From: Stylophora pistillata
Lineage: Eukaryota
Length of the DNA stretch: 64,000 bases
Direction: 5' to 3'
NCBI RefSeq assembly: GCF_002571385.2
Contig: NW_019218034.1
Coordinates: forward strand, 66,451-130,450
Shown: one piece after another, positions 63,773 to 64,000 of the stretch
How the letters are laid out: each line of letters starts with the position of its first letter
Numbering within the stretch: position 1 is the first letter of the stretch
Program-made: the position numbers and the translations under genes
The notes under the pieces: generated by a model
What the model was told of the DNA's origin: nothing
What the model saw: only the letters and a program-made list of their open reading frames with translations
Database searches by the model: none

Positions 63773-63856
63773 GCAGTGAGGGTGCATTCTTACAAGATTT
63801 GTGGCCTATAAGTGCTATAGGGTTATCCTGGTTTCCAAAGCATAATGCCAACCATA

Positions 63857-64000
63857 AAGGGGTTAAGTTTCTAAAGAAACTGTGGTGCTGTGTCGGTGGG
63901 GGTAACAAGGTAATTTGATTATATCAACTAAGTTGAAATTGTAAATCGGACACCGTAAAGAGTTAAGTAGCTGACGTTTCGAGCGTTATCCCTTGTCAGC
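63857..64000 (-). mobile_element. Hammerhead-bearing short repeat copy in a DNAAF2 intron (runs off window)
   Basis: Same family as 4662-4803; core slightly degenerate. Confidence 0.7.

Noticed and set aside
63690-63918. HT/CV-repeat ORFs
   Set aside because: Translation of a (GT)n microsatellite.

Overview
AT-rich, intron-rich animal genomic DNA; the repeat content suggests a cnidarian, probably a stony coral (inference). I could reconstruct five spliced protein-coding genes exon by exon. (1) Cytosolic acetyl-CoA synthetase ACSS2 (+, 18 exons), with an in-frame TAA in exon 1 and a probably artefactual duplication of exon 2. (2) IQANK1 (-, 14 exons). (3, 4) Two tandem XK-related scramblase paralogues (+, 2 coding exons each; the second has a ~750-aa disordered tail). 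(5) DNAAF2/kintoun (+, at least 15 exons, runs off the window), which contains a U12 AT-AC intron. There is also a tRNA-Cys(GCA) gene and a disrupted LITAF-domain gene that the ORF track misses. The introns hold many mobile elements. A Penelope-like element has two hammerhead motifs, and the host-sense one is mutated. Also present: a short hammerhead-bearing repeat family, tRNA-SINEs with three different 3' tails, a 2.4-kb foldback element carrying a decayed kinase and a nested tRNA-containing element of Penelope-like architecture, five sequence-unrelated families sharing an arm-bounded body + long hairpin layout, and several LINE 3' ends and MITEs. All family assignments are by recognition from memory; no database search was run.
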